Shown piece after piece: positions 46,931 to 57,722 of a DNA stretch of 64,000 nucleotides (positions are counted from its first letter, which is position 1; every line of letters starts with the position of its first letter). This DNA is from Bacteroidales bacterium. Lineage in GTDB: Bacteria; Bacteroidota; Bacteroidia; Bacteroidales; WCHB1-69. Below the pieces are notes generated by a model, which was not told the origin of the DNA, ran no database searches, and saw only the letters and a program-made list of their open reading frames with translations. Position numbers and translations under genes: made by a program. The DNA lies in NCBI GenBank assembly GCA_031553535.1, contig JAVBLM010000049.1:11998-75997 (forward strand), read 5' to 3'.

Positions 46931-48124
46931 TTATAATAGACTTTCCTTCCGGAAGATTTTTGTTACGCGGTCAAAAATTCCTGTCAGATAGGCGATAGTC
47001 ATTCCATAATTGGAGACCGGAATACCAAGATCAACGATTTGTTTGATCCGGACCGAAACTTGTTTGTCCGTAACCATACAAGCACCGCATTGAATCGCCA
47101 TAGCATATTTGTCAAGTTTGGGTAGAGGGGAAAGGGCAGATGTCATTTCAAAATGAATATCCTTACCGGTAGTGGCGCGAATAAGATTTGGGATCTTATG
47201 ATGCCCGATATCTTCACAAGAGACGGGGTGTGTGCAGGATTCTAACATTAAAACGGTATCGCCGTCTTGTAGCTTGCTTAAATAGGGTGTTCCTTTGAGG
47301 TAGTTTTCAAAGTTCCCTTTTGCCCGCGCTAATATAACACTGAAACTGGTTAATGGAATATCCAATGGAACCAGTTTGGAAACGGTATCAAAAACCTGGC
47401 TGTCTGTGATTACTAAGTCCGGGGTTTGTTTTTGTAAATACATTTCCAACTCCTCCGGTTGAAGTCCTATGGCAACAGCATGATTGTCCAAGACATCCCG
47501 GATTAATTGTACCTGGGGTAATATCAATCGTCCTTCGGGAGCTTCCCGGTCTTGAGGCATCACCAACAGGATCAGATCATCTTTTTTAATAATATCACCA
47601 ATTAATGATTTTGCCGTATAAGCGGTAGGAGGCGTTATTTCAACTATTTTTTTTATCAGCTCATCCATACCTGTTTTACCAATAGCACTGGTTTCCAGGA
47701 CAGGGACGTTGTATTCACTCAATTCCCTTTTCAAAGAATGGGATAGGGGAATTAAGTCTGATTTGTTATGTACAATCAAGTAAGGTATCAGGGATGATTT
47801 CAGCTCGGCAATAATTTCTTTTTCGAATTCTCCCAGAAGGTTGCCGGTTAATACAATTATAGCAACGTCAATGGTTTTGAGGACTTCTTTGGTTTTTTTG
47901 ATACGCTTTTCTCCCAGCTGTCCGGTATCATCCAATCCGGCTGTATCTACCAGAACGGCCGGGCCCATTCCAAAGAGTTCAATGGTTTTTTTTACCGGAT
48001 CGGTAGTTGTTCCTGCTTGCGGTGATACGATAGCGATATCCTGATTGGCAATTGCATTAATCAAGGAGCTTTTTCCTGTATTCCTGCGTCCGAAAATGCC
48101 TATAAATACTCGTTGGGTTCCCAT
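46931..48124 (-). CDS. hydF: [FeFe]-hydrogenase H-cluster maturation GTPase HydF
   Basis: 397 aa. N-terminal GTPase (GRRNTGKSSLINA, DTAG, NKSD) and C-terminal Cys/His cluster motifs (ESCTH...GHHK...QCGAC). Confidence 0.75.
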   Translation of the reverse strand: MGTQRVFIGIFGRRNTGKSSLINAIANQDIAIVSPQAGTTTDPVKKTIELFGMGPAVLVDTAGLDDTGQLGEKRIKKTKEVLKTIDVAIIVLTGNLLGEFEKEIIAELKSSLIPYLIVHNKSDLIPLSHSLKRELSEYNVPVLETSAIGKTGMDELIKKIVEITPPTAYTAKSLIGDIIKKDDLILLVMPQDREAPEGRLILPQVQLIRDVLDNHAVAIGLQPEELEMYLQKQTPDLVITDSQVFDTVSKLVPLDIPLTSFSVILARAKGNFENYLKGTPYLSKLQDGDTVLMLESCTHPVSCEDIGHHKIPNLIRATTGKDIHFEMTSALSPLPKLDKYAMAIQCGACMVTDKQVSVRIKQIVDLGIPVSNYGMTIAYLTGIFDRVTKIFRKESLL

Positions 48125-48337
48125 AATTTTTAATTTGCAAAAATATATAAAATTATTAGTTTGATAGAATCTGTCTTTTAAATTTATTGAGCTGTTAAAC
48201 TGTTGAGTTGGTTATTCGGTTCTGCTTGTTGTGTATTGCCTTTTTCTATTTTTTTCTGTTGATCTCGCAGATTTTCGCGGATTTATTTAACCGTAAGGGG
48301 ATACGAAATTTTCAATTCTTCATTCTCCATTCTCAAT

Positions 48338-49579
48338 TTATAGAAAAAGGCATGCATCCCCATAACTTAGGAAACGAAAGTCATGGGAAATGGCATACTT
48401 ATAGATGTTTTTCCATTCCCCTCCGACAAATGCGGAAATTAATAATAATAAGGTACTTTGCGGTTGATGAAAGTTAGTGACAATTCCTCTCACCATTTTA
48501 GGTTGATAATCAGGTGTGATCATTAAAGCGGTAGACGCATGCAGGGTATTTATGTCGTTTTTATCCATGAAATTTAAAATAGCCTGTAGCGATTGTTCCA
48601 CGCTTAGCTGTTTTGGAATTAATGACTCGTATACTTCCCATTGGGCAATGTGTAACAGGGAATTATTTTCAGAAATATATTCCTGATTCGAAGCTGCTAA
48701 TTTTACCCCTATCCAATACAAACTTTCCAGAGACCGGGCGGTAGTAGTCCCTACGGCAATGATCTTTTTATCCTTATAATGTAAAAATTGTTTGATGGAT
48801 CCTTTTGTGAAAAGCAATTGTTCACAATGCATGGTGTGATTTTCAATACAGGTTTCGGTGACCGGCTTAAATGTACCTGCCCCGACATGCAATGTAATAT
48901 ATTCTGTCGGAATATTTTCCTTTCTGATTTTTTCTAAGACTTCTGTTGTAAAATGTAATCCGGCCGTAGGTGCCGCAACCGATCCTTTTTCTTTGGCATA
49001 GATGGTCTGATAACGTTCCGTGTCATCATGTATTGCTTTTCGTTTGATATAAGGAGGCAATGGAATGTTGCCGACACTGTCCAATACTTCTGCAAAAGAT
49101 AAGGTTTCGGGAGCCCAGCTAAATCGTATCCGGAAAGATGCAGAAGAATGTTTTCCTATTCTTTCCGCATGTAAAATACCTGATGATTGCCCCCCATAGT
49201 TGAATTCAAGGCTTAATGGAGTGGTGAACCGTTTATTATTGCCGACAAAACATTCCCATTCGCAACATCCTTTTGTCTCAAAGATAAGAGAATGTATCGT
49301 AGTAGGAGCTAATGGTTCCAGGCAGAATATTTCTATTATCGATCCTGTTGGCTTCGGAAATAAAATCCGGGCCTGTATTACGCGTGTATTATTAAAAACC
49401 AGTAAACTATCACCGGGAAGATATTGCGGTATGTGTTTAAAAGTATCTTCGGAAATAGTATTGTCTTTAAAAATTAGTAATTTAGACTCATCCCGGTTTT
49501 TACAGGGAGAAAAAGCAATCTTTTCTTCCGGTAGATTATAATTATAATCGTTTATATTAATGTTTTTTGGATTATTCAT
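48338..49579 (-). CDS. queA: S-adenosylmethionine:tRNA ribosyltransferase-isomerase
   Basis: 413 aa. DYNYNLPEEKIAFSP...RDESKLL, ...LPPYIKR..., ...YQTIYAKE.GSVAAPTAGLHFT.... Confidence 0.85.
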   Translation of the reverse strand: MNNPKNININDYNYNLPEEKIAFSPCKNRDESKLLIFKDNTISEDTFKHIPQYLPGDSLLVFNNTRVIQARILFPKPTGSIIEIFCLEPLAPTTIHSLIFETKGCCEWECFVGNNKRFTTPLSLEFNYGGQSSGILHAERIGKHSSASFRIRFSWAPETLSFAEVLDSVGNIPLPPYIKRKAIHDDTERYQTIYAKEKGSVAAPTAGLHFTTEVLEKIRKENIPTEYITLHVGAGTFKPVTETCIENHTMHCEQLLFTKGSIKQFLHYKDKKIIAVGTTTARSLESLYWIGVKLAASNQEYISENNSLLHIAQWEVYESLIPKQLSVEQSLQAILNFMDKNDINTLHASTALMITPDYQPKMVRGIVTNFHQPQSTLLLLISAFVGGEWKNIYKYAISHDFRFLSYGDACLFL

Positions 49580-50549
49580 TTAATAATCGTATAATCTGAT
49601 TGACATCAATTTCATTCATACACTTAAAGTGCTGCTTGGGACATTGTTCAAACCCTAATTTGGAACAGGGACGGCATCGTAAATTTGTGTTTTCAATAAT
49701 ATGGTAATAATTCGGATGCAGGGGCATGTACGGATACATCCCAAAAGACGGAACGGTGTTTCCCCAAACGCTTACAATCGGTTTATTGAGTGCTGCCGCG
49801 ATATGCATTAATCCGGTATCTCCCGTTAATATTATTTTTGATACATTAATACACGCAGCAGATTCTCTCAGCGTAAGTTTACCACACAAATTGATAATAT
49901 CTTTCTTTACTTTTAAACAAATCTCATTTGCCGGTTCAATCTCATTTGCTCCACCCAACAAAACGATAGTATGATCGATTCTTTTGCCTATTTCTATCAG
50001 CTTTGAAACCGGAAGTTGTTTAGTTTTATGTTGGCTCCCCATTGCAATGGCAATAAAAGGCCGTGGAATGTTATATGTATTGATTTTATTGTAATCTTCG
50101 TCTTTAATGAAGAAATCCAATCCCTGGCAATCGTTTTTTATCCCGGTAGGTAATCTTTTTGTCGCAGCAAAATATCTATCCACCACATGTATATCCGGTA
50201 GTAGGTTTATTTTAAAGTTAACCAATATCCATTTGAGGATGTTTAATTTAGGAAATGTTGCATAGGGAGCGTTTAATCTTTTACCCAGTTTATTGGATCT
50301 GAAACTATTCTGCAGGTCGATAATATAATCAAATTGTTCACTTATCAGGTGTTCCAATAAATGAGTGTCGCTTTTGGAATAGGAATGTATCTTTCGAAGG
50401 TAAGGATTTGTTTCCAGTATGTTTTTATATTCAGGCTTGCATAGGTAGTGTAATTCGGACTCAGGAATTTGTTGAACAATACATCGTATGATTGGTGTAG
50501 TTAATACAATATCTCCAATGCTGCTAAAGCGGATAATGAGGATTTTCAT
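49572..50549 (-). CDS. Glycosyltransferase family 9 (heptosyltransferase-like)
   Basis: 325 aa. MKILIIRFSSIGDIVLTTPIIRCI and ...TGDTGLMHIAAAL... motifs. Confidence 0.75.
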   Translation of the reverse strand: MKILIIRFSSIGDIVLTTPIIRCIVQQIPESELHYLCKPEYKNILETNPYLRKIHSYSKSDTHLLEHLISEQFDYIIDLQNSFRSNKLGKRLNAPYATFPKLNILKWILVNFKINLLPDIHVVDRYFAATKRLPTGIKNDCQGLDFFIKDEDYNKINTYNIPRPFIAIAMGSQHKTKQLPVSKLIEIGKRIDHTIVLLGGANEIEPANEICLKVKKDIINLCGKLTLRESAACINVSKIILTGDTGLMHIAAALNKPIVSVWGNTVPSFGMYPYMPLHPNYYHIIENTNLRCRPCSKLGFEQCPKQHFKCMNEIDVNQIIRLLNE

Positions 50550-50560
50550 TGCAGAATAGC

Positions 50561-51295
50561 TTAATAATAATAAGGCTTTTCTATTTCTTTTTTCTTTTTC
50601 ACTTGTTCTGTCCTCTTTTCATTCAGCATATATACTAAATAGAATGTCAAACTATTATTGTATTGTTTTCTTGTTTCTGCGGGAGTATAGATTGTTCTGG
50701 GATAAGAACGGGTACGAAGTGGTACCATGGAGTATTCAAACCGGAATCCGAATTTTAATTGTTGCCATATGCGGATACGTATATCCGCCATAACCGTAAA
50801 ATCGTTTGGACTGAGTTGTTTGACCGTATCGTATGTTTGTTGTACATCATACTCCTGTTCTTTAGACGAGAACATTCTGTTATAGGCAAATCCAATTCCA
50901 AAACTCCATCTTTCCCTGTCCGTATAATGTAAAAGAATAGGAATAGAAACATAATTTAATCGTAATAAATATTCAAATTTGCCTTTTGATAAGTTTGAAA
51001 CAGTATCTTGGGCACTGTAATAATAGTTTTTCTTTCGGGCGCCCTTTTGATTGAGTAGGATTTCCATGCTGAAAGACCAGGGTTTATATTCCTGTCCCTT
51101 TTTAAAACTGAAAGGAAACATGACCCCTATACCGGCATGAGCACCAACCTGTCTGTATCCAACCTGTTGGTCGCCATCTACTTGCGAAAGATTGACCCCT
51201 CCGATAATTTGTCCCTTAAAAACTTGGGCATCGGCCAAAATCAGGGTCATAAAGAATAGACAAAAAAAGAGTAACGATTTTTTAAGAAGGAGCAT
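50561..51295 (-). CDS. Outer-membrane beta-barrel protein (porin-family/PorT-like)
   Basis: Start at ATG 51295 (MLLLKKSLLFFCLFFMTLILADAQ signal peptide) is preferred over the longer ORF-track start. Alternating beta-strand pattern. Assignment to PorT is not secure. Confidence 0.5.
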   Translation of the reverse strand: MLLLKKSLLFFCLFFMTLILADAQVFKGQIIGGVNLSQVDGDQQVGYRQVGAHAGIGVMFPFSFKKGQEYKPWSFSMEILLNQKGARKKNYYYSAQDTVSNLSKGKFEYLLRLNYVSIPILLHYTDRERWSFGIGFAYNRMFSSKEQEYDVQQTYDTVKQLSPNDFTVMADIRIRIWQQLKFGFRFEYSMVPLRTRSYPRTIYTPAETRKQYNNSLTFYLVYMLNEKRTEQVKKKKEIEKPYYY

Positions 51296-51477
51296 ACGAT
51301 TGGTATTTACATTACAAAGATATAATTTTTTTATTCTAACGGGATAAAAAAGCGAAAAGTATTTGTCCGGCAGGATTAACGTTAGAAAGTGAAATTTCGT
51401 TGGGGAACTTTTTGTTATTTTCAAAAAAACTTCAATTATTTCTTGACCTAAATTTCATTGTCAGGGATTTTTTGTGT

Positions 51478-51485
51478 TATTTTTG
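51478..51485 (+). promoter_or_regulatory. Candidate -7 promoter box (TAnnTTTG) for purC
   Basis: tatttttg followed by cag, ~54 nt upstream of ATG 51539. Confidence 0.35.
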
Positions 51486-51538
51486 CAGCTAAAATATTCA
51501 ATAATCATAATATTATCATAAATCAAAGATTTTATACT

Positions 51539-52273
51539 ATGTACGATATCAAAAATTTCGAGAAAATATATACTGGAAAAACGAAAGATGTTTATCGGTT
51601 GACAAATGGAAGCCTTCTCCTTCAGTTCACAAATAAAACCACGATGAATGATAATGGAGAAGAAGATCCGGGTGGAAATAAAATAGGAAAAGAAGTTGCC
51701 GGAAGCGCCCGCGCGTGTATTTTGATGACGCAACACTTCTTCAAGCTGTTTGAAGATGCGGGTATTCCCACTCATCTTATTGCCGTTGATGTTGACAATC
51801 TGCAAATGGAAGTAAAACCGGTGGTTACGATTGGGAAGGAACTCTTTGTAAATGAAACCGGTGGAATTGAATGGATATGGAGAAACAGATTTACCGGCAG
51901 CTTTCGCAAGATTTTCGGACGATATAACAAAAACCTGAAAGACGGGGATGTATTTCCATTCCCGGTCGTGCATGCTACTGTAAAAGACGATGAAGCAGGT
52001 GATCCTTATATTGAAAAAGATTTTTTAGATGCATTAGGTATTTTACCCGGTAATGATTATGAAGTTCTAAAAGAATACACCAAGAAGATAGGAAAGATAT
52101 TATACGAAGAGTTTCAAAAGCTTGGATGTGATATCTGGGACTTTAAAGTTGAGTTTGGACGCGATAAAAACGGAACTTTGATTTTGATTGACGAGATTGG
52201 GCCCGGCAGTGCCCGCGTTTACAAAGGCGGAAAGAAAATGGAAAAAATCGAAATAGGGGAGTTGTTCGGATAA
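51539..52273 (+). CDS. purC: Phosphoribosylaminoimidazole-succinocarboxamide (SAICAR) synthase
   Basis: Start at MYDIKNFEKIYTGKTKDVYRL (ATG 51539). GKTKDVY plus ...AGIPTHLI... and ...LIDEIGP... fit PurC. The ORF-track start at 51458 is considered too long. Confidence 0.65.
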   Translation: MYDIKNFEKIYTGKTKDVYRLTNGSLLLQFTNKTTMNDNGEEDPGGNKIGKEVAGSARACILMTQHFFKLFEDAGIPTHLIAVDVDNLQMEVKPVVTIGKELFVNETGGIEWIWRNRFTGSFRKIFGRYNKNLKDGDVFPFPVVHATVKDDEAGDPYIEKDFLDALGILPGNDYEVLKEYTKKIGKILYEEFQKLGCDIWDFKVEFGRDKNGTLILIDEIGPGSARVYKGGKKMEKIEIGELFG

Positions 52274-52312
52274 ATTACAAGTTAATGGAGAGAAGTAAAA
52301 AGTGTGCGGGCG

Positions 52313-52398
52313 AAATAGCGTCATCGGACTTGACCCGCACCCGAACGCAAAGAATGTGAGGGGCATCGAAACATAGTGAAATAATCTCTCATTGACAG
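52313..52398 (-). repeat. Mosaic intergenic repeat copy (diverged)
   Basis: aaatagcgtcatcgg...ggcatcgaaacatagtgaaataatctctcattgacaga parallels 35031-35150. Confidence 0.7.
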
Positions 52399-52431
52399 AA
52401 CCTCGCAGGTTTTTTCTTTAATCTTGAATTC

Positions 52432-54930
52432 TCAATTTTCTTCACTTTCTTTTGATGCAATAACCATTCTTATTTCGCCATAACTTATTTCACCTTTGAA
52501 TGAGGCATATACTCCGCTTAATGAAGATGATGTTTTCAAAGCAGCTTTTATTTTATTTTCTTTCTCTTCACTGATAAAATTCCGCAAGGGAATATCTTTT
52601 GTTTTTATATAATGAGTCAAATGCCCTTCGATGGTTGTGGGGGTGAAATTTCGGCTTTTTGCAATTTCATCTATTGACAGTCCTTGCTTATACAAGTCAA
52701 AACTGACTTTTTTTGTATCCGGTTTCTTTTCTTTCGGCTGTTTTTCTTTTTTCTCTCTGGGTTTGCGTTCCCGTTTTGATTGCTTTTCGTGTATGAGCGA
52801 TTCCAAATCGTTTTCGTGACAATATTCCAGGATAATATCCAAAAACTGTTGTCCGTATTTGGCGACTGTAGCTTGTCCAAAACCGGTGATCTTTAACATG
52901 TCATATAAGGTTAAAGGAAGATAAGTCGCCAATTCTGTCAACCCTTTAGTGCTGGAAACCATATATAGGGGAATGTTGGAAGCATCGCATATTTTTCTGC
53001 GCAAATCGGCCAACCGGCGATACAAAACCGGATAACGTGCCTCCGTTTTGCCGGATTGATTGCTCCCTGCATACGAATTAATTGAAAAGAACGGCACAAC
53101 CAGGTTGTTTCTGGCATTATAATATTGTTCTACCGAGAAACTTCCTTTTATATTCTGGAAAATATGTTGTTTTTCTTCGACAGAAGCAAAAATCGTTTGC
53201 AAGTCATCATTATATTCCATTGCATTACCCTTGCTGTCGGTTACTGCCGGGGATTTTTTTAATTTGTCGGAAACGATTTTCAATTGCTGGGAAAAATAAT
53301 CCACTGCCGAAGAAATACGCTCTTGCAGTTGCCGTTCGTATGAAGAATCCATGGCAATTATCCGTTGCAATTGATTCTGAAATTTAATAGCAACATCCTC
53401 AATCGTTGAAATCTCTACTTGTATACTTGATAAAAACGGAATGGTTTCTTCATTAAAAGAGGAACCTTTTTCTTTTACAAAGTCTGTCAACCGATTGCAT
53501 TGTCCGGTAATGGATTTGAAATCGAAAAGAGAAAGCAGTATTTTTCCTTCAAACTCTTTTTTCGATATGTCTAATTGATTATTTAATATGTCTTTGGGAG
53601 CTTTCTGCTTTCCATGTTCGATTATATTTTGGTCGGTCTCTAAACTTTGGCGGTTTATTTGGCTTCGCAGAACCATTCCGTCCAACGAACGGCAACGGCT
53701 CAACGCCACATACACTTGTCCGGGAGCAAATGCTTTTCCCGCATCAATTATCACTTTGTCAAACGTTAATCCCTGGCTTTTGTGAATCGTAATTGCCCAT
53801 GCCAAACGCAAGGGATATTGTTGAAAAGTTCCCAAAACAGCTTCTTCAATTTGTTTGGTGTTAGGGTTTGATGAATAGGAAACATTTTCCCACATCTCCT
53901 GTTCAACGGAAATAATTTCTTCTTCTCCTGTACATTTTATCCAAATCTCATCCTCTTCAAAAGCAACAATTTCGCCGATTTTTCCATTGAAATATCTTCT
54001 TGGTGTCTCTTTGTCATTTTTGAGGAACATAACTTTTGCCCCTATTTTAAATTCCATGATCTTTTCGGTCGGATAACTTTTTTCAGGGTAATCACCTTTG
54101 ACTGTCGCTTCAAAACTTCTTTTTTTACCTTTGAGTTTATCCAGTTCATTGTTGTTGATGTTGTCGGCGATGTAATTATGCGTAGTTAAAGTTATATAGG
54201 AACCATCTTCCGATGGTTTGAAATCCGGTTTGTACAGACTTTGCAGCAAATTGTAACTTTTTTCGGAAATGATATTATTCCTTACTTCGTTCAACAATTC
54301 AATAAATTTCATATCGCTTTGACGGAATATCTTGTCAAATTCGATATACAGAGGTGTTTGTTGTTTGATAGCATGACTGTCGAAAAAGTAAATGCTTTTA
54401 TAATACGGTGAAAGTATTTCCCATTCATCTTCTTTATATACAGGAGAGAGCTGATACATGTCACCGATAAAAATAAGTTGAACGCCACCAAAAGGCTCGT
54501 TTCTTTTATATCTGTAATGCCGGAGAATGGTATCAATTTCATCCAGTACATCTGCCCGAACCATACTTATTTCATCGATAACAAGTAATTCCAATTCATG
54601 CAACAGTCTGCGGCGGGTGCTATTCATTTTTAGCTTGGAGAGCAATTCTCTTTTGTTTTCTTCGGTTGGGATAAAAGGCGAAAACGGTAGTTGGAAAAAG
54701 GAATGGATTGTTACGCCGCCTGCGTTAATAGCAGCTACGCCGGTTGGAGCCACAATAGCCATTTTTTTCTTTGTCTGCTCTTTCAGTTTCTTCAGAAAAG
54801 TGGTTTTCCCCGTTCCTGCCTTTCCTGTCAAAAAAAGCGAACGATTGGTGAACATTGCAAAATTATATGCGATGTTATAATATTGGCTTGTTTCTTGAAT
54901 ATGCGTTCCCTGTTGATTCGACTTTTCCAT
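52432..54930 (-). CDS. Pif1/RecD-like SF1B DNA helicase with C-terminal HRDC-like and HTH domains
   Basis: 832 aa. Walker A LTGKAGTGKTT, LVIDEISMV, ...AITIHKSQGLTFD..., VALSRCRS. C-terminal acidic/basic linker and an HTH (SIDEIAKSRNFTPTTIEGHL). Confidence 0.8.
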   Translation of the reverse strand: MEKSNQQGTHIQETSQYYNIAYNFAMFTNRSLFLTGKAGTGKTTFLKKLKEQTKKKMAIVAPTGVAAINAGGVTIHSFFQLPFSPFIPTEENKRELLSKLKMNSTRRRLLHELELLVIDEISMVRADVLDEIDTILRHYRYKRNEPFGGVQLIFIGDMYQLSPVYKEDEWEILSPYYKSIYFFDSHAIKQQTPLYIEFDKIFRQSDMKFIELLNEVRNNIISEKSYNLLQSLYKPDFKPSEDGSYITLTTHNYIADNINNNELDKLKGKKRSFEATVKGDYPEKSYPTEKIMEFKIGAKVMFLKNDKETPRRYFNGKIGEIVAFEEDEIWIKCTGEEEIISVEQEMWENVSYSSNPNTKQIEEAVLGTFQQYPLRLAWAITIHKSQGLTFDKVIIDAGKAFAPGQVYVALSRCRSLDGMVLRSQINRQSLETDQNIIEHGKQKAPKDILNNQLDISKKEFEGKILLSLFDFKSITGQCNRLTDFVKEKGSSFNEETIPFLSSIQVEISTIEDVAIKFQNQLQRIIAMDSSYERQLQERISSAVDYFSQQLKIVSDKLKKSPAVTDSKGNAMEYNDDLQTIFASVEEKQHIFQNIKGSFSVEQYYNARNNLVVPFFSINSYAGSNQSGKTEARYPVLYRRLADLRRKICDASNIPLYMVSSTKGLTELATYLPLTLYDMLKITGFGQATVAKYGQQFLDIILEYCHENDLESLIHEKQSKRERKPREKKEKQPKEKKPDTKKVSFDLYKQGLSIDEIAKSRNFTPTTIEGHLTHYIKTKDIPLRNFISEEKENKIKAALKTSSSLSGVYASFKGEISYGEIRMVIASKESEEN

Positions 54931-55322
54931 AGTTATAGATGCTGGTTATATTTTTTTAGAACCTGACCGATTCTTAGAAATCTCATTAGTTTTACAAAAA
55001 TAATAAAAAGGGATTAATTATTTTCTTAGTGGCTATTATTATTTTATAGAAGGTTATAGCGTCTTGAGTCATTGTTTGTATCTGAATTTCTTCTTTTTTT
55101 CTTCCATTTCCTTCTACTTTTTAGCAGATTAGATATTGAATGAAAATGTAACATGAATTCTGATAAGCTATAAATAATTCTATCTTACTTTGATATTCAT
55201 TTATTTAGATATGTTTTTCTCATTCGTAGATGATTATTGAAAAAAGAGCGGAAGAAAGAGTTTTGTATTGAAAAAATGACGAAATTTGCAGACTTATAAA
55301 TTTTTAAATTAAAAAATAAATT

Positions 55323-55988
55323 ATGCCAGTAAAAATTAGATTACAAAGACGTGGAAAGAAAGGGCAACCATTCTATCACGTAGTAATAGCGGATGGTCGT
55401 GCACCCCGAGATGGACGGTATATTGAGAAAATTGGCACATACAACCCGCTAACACATCCAGCTACAATCGTGCTTAACTTTGACAGAGCTTATCATTGGA
55501 TTGCTTGTGGAGCTCAACCTTCAGATACAGCGCGTATGATATTGAAACGGGAAGGTATTTATATGAAAAAACACCTTATGGGTGGTGTTCAGAAAGGTGC
55601 TTTTACGGAAGATCAGGCAGAAGCAAAGTTAGCTGCATGGAAAGAGGATAAAACTCGCAAGCTGAGTGATATGAAATTGGAAGTTATCAACTCGAAAAAG
55701 TCGGTAATGAAAAAGCGTATTGAAGCTGAGACAAAAGTAAAAGAAGCAAAAGAGGCTGTGGTAAATGAAAAACGCCAGGCAATTTTAGCAGCAGAAGCAA
55801 CTAAAAGAGCGGAAGCACAAGCAGCAGTGGCAGCAGCCGAAGCAAAAATAGAAGCAGAAGAACAAACTTCGGAAGTTCCGGAAATTTCGGAACCTGCAGA
55901 AGAACCGGTAGCGGAAACAACACCGGAAATAACATCTGAAAATACTGAACAAGCCCCTGAAGCAGAAGAAACTCCTTCTGCGGAATAA
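55323..55988 (+). CDS. rpsP: 30S ribosomal protein S16 with long Ala/Glu-rich C-terminal extension
   Basis: MPVKIRLQRRGKKGQPFYHVVIADGRAPRDGRYIEKIGTYNP. The low-complexity tail is common in Bacteroidota S16. Confidence 0.9.
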   Translation: MPVKIRLQRRGKKGQPFYHVVIADGRAPRDGRYIEKIGTYNPLTHPATIVLNFDRAYHWIACGAQPSDTARMILKREGIYMKKHLMGGVQKGAFTEDQAEAKLAAWKEDKTRKLSDMKLEVINSKKSVMKKRIEAETKVKEAKEAVVNEKRQAILAAEATKRAEAQAAVAAAEAKIEAEEQTSEVPEISEPAEEPVAETTPEITSENTEQAPEAEETPSAE

Positions 55989-55997
55989 TTTCAAACC

Positions 55998-56525
55998 ATG
56001 TTTGAAGATTATTTCTATTTAGGTAAAATAACAAAAAAGTTTGGTCTCAGAGGAGAACTCGTGGTTTATCTGGATACGGATGAACCGGAGAAATATCACA
56101 CAATGGAATCGGTTTTCTTTGATATGGAAGGAGAGCCGGTTCCTTTTTTTATAGAAGAAATCAAAATAAAAAGCAGAAATCAATTAATTGTCCTTTTTCA
56201 GGATATTGATGATGCTTCGTCGTCACATTATATAGATACGGATTTATATTTGCCGATGTCGATGTTGCCCAAGCTTACCGGAAATAAATTTTATTATCAC
56301 GAAATAAAAGGTTTTACGGTTATTGATAAAAACAAGGGAAATTTAGGAATATGCAATGATGTGTTAGACTATACCCATCAGGCTATTATGCAGGTTTTGG
56401 GTGATAAGGGGGAAGTACTTATCCCACTTGTTGATAAGTTCATAAAAAATGTGGATAGGGACAACAGGATTATTGAAATAGAAGCTCCCCCCGAGTTGAT
56501 AGAATTATACATCGGATCGTCTTGA
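55998..56525 (+). CDS. rimM: 16S rRNA processing protein RimM
   Basis: 175 aa. YLGKITKKFGLRGELVV..., PRC-barrel C-terminus, and conserved position after rpsP. Confidence 0.85.
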   Translation: MFEDYFYLGKITKKFGLRGELVVYLDTDEPEKYHTMESVFFDMEGEPVPFFIEEIKIKSRNQLIVLFQDIDDASSSHYIDTDLYLPMSMLPKLTGNKFYYHEIKGFTVIDKNKGNLGICNDVLDYTHQAIMQVLGDKGEVLIPLVDKFIKNVDRDNRIIEIEAPPELIELYIGSS

Positions 56526-56759
56526 CATAGGTTTTCATCCTGGAAAGTAATTGAAAATTTAAGATTCAAGATTCTGCGAAAATTCTGCGAGCTTTGCGGA
56601 AAAACAAAAATGCAACAAGCGGAAAGGGTAAAACCGATAAAGCAGATAAAAAATTAACTATTTATCATTAATCATTCACCATTATTTGTAACTTCCTGTA
56701 ACTTCGTTTAACTTGTGTTACTTCCAATCCCAAATTAGTTTAATAATGCTATTGAAATT

Positions 56760-57647
56760 ATGCCTGCAAATGATTTGAATTTTATCGAAGCAAAAACAAT
56801 ATTATCCAAGTTGAGGCAAACTGATAATTTCTTTGGACTAACTTATAATATGAATTTGTATAGAGGTTGCCAACACGGTTGCATCTATTGCGATACGCGA
56901 AGCGATTGTTATGGAATAGGGGATATTTCGAAAATTTCCGTTAAACAAAATGCTTTGAAATTGCTTGAAAAAGAACTTGCTTCCAAACAAAAGAAAAAAG
57001 GAACCATTGGGACAGGCTCTATGAATGATCCTTATATGCCCATTGAAAAAGACCTTAATTTAACGAGAAATGCACTTCAACTAATTGCCGGTAAAAAATT
57101 CCCGGTACATATCATTACCAAAAGCGATTTGGTTGTTCGTGATATGGATATTTTACAAGATATCACAAAAACATATGCGGCTGTTAGTTTTACGATAACT
57201 ACGTTTGATGATGAACTGGCTCGTAAAATTGAGCCAAATGCATCTTCGTCTTCTTCTCGATTCAAGGCTTTGGAATCTCTTGCCGGAAAAGGCATCTATA
57301 CAGGTATTACACTAATGCCTTTATTGCCTTTTATCAATGATACAAAGGAAAATATAGAGAATATCCTGAAAATGGGCAAGGATATGGGAGCCTCTTATGT
57401 TATCCCCGTGTTCGGGTTGACAATGAGAGATAATTCCAGGGACTATTTATATAAATCGCTTGATATTAATTTCCCCGGTATAAAAGAAAAATATCAAAAC
57501 TGTTTTGGTAATAAATATATTTGCAATAGTTTGAACTATGATGATTTATCTTCTACATATCAGAAGCTTTCAAATAAGTTGGAATTGCCTTATTCTATGA
57601 AATTCTATTCAGCGAAAGAAGAAAGTAAACAATTATCTTTGTTTTAA
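56760..57647 (+). CDS. Radical SAM protein (SplB/COG1533-like)
   Basis: 295 aa with the CxxxCxxC cluster in NLYRGCQHGCIYCDTRS. Confidence 0.65.
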   Translation: MPANDLNFIEAKTILSKLRQTDNFFGLTYNMNLYRGCQHGCIYCDTRSDCYGIGDISKISVKQNALKLLEKELASKQKKKGTIGTGSMNDPYMPIEKDLNLTRNALQLIAGKKFPVHIITKSDLVVRDMDILQDITKTYAAVSFTITTFDDELARKIEPNASSSSSRFKALESLAGKGIYTGITLMPLLPFINDTKENIENILKMGKDMGASYVIPVFGLTMRDNSRDYLYKSLDINFPGIKEKYQNCFGNKYICNSLNYDDLSSTYQKLSNKLELPYSMKFYSAKEESKQLSLF

Positions 57648-57722
57648 TTTTAGTTCGGTTTTATTTATCATTTCATCAATACTTTTTATGTATTAATGCC
57701 AAAAGAAAATTTTTCACCTATC

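Noticed and set aside
46510-46998. Three overlapping ORFs (46510..46776 -, 46604..46867 +, 46729..46998 +)
   Set aside because: They lie entirely within the composite mosaic-repeat block and overlap each other and the hydF 3' end. Their peptides (…VIARSEGRTTWQS…) are the usual read-through of these repeat modules.
46931-48124. hydF present without adjacent hydE/hydG or a hydrogenase gene
   Set aside because: Maturase genes are frequently dispersed, and absence from a 64 kb window says nothing about the genome.
51461-51973. 170 aa minus-strand ORF
   Set aside because: It is antisense to purC, which has clear family motifs.
55785-56034. Two minus-strand ORFs (69 and 77 aa) rich in Phe/Cys/Leu, and the unusual length of S16
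   Set aside because: The ORFs are antisense translations of the GAA/GCA-rich tail of rpsP. A long acidic/Ala-rich C-terminal extension of S16 is normal in Bacteroidota and not novel.
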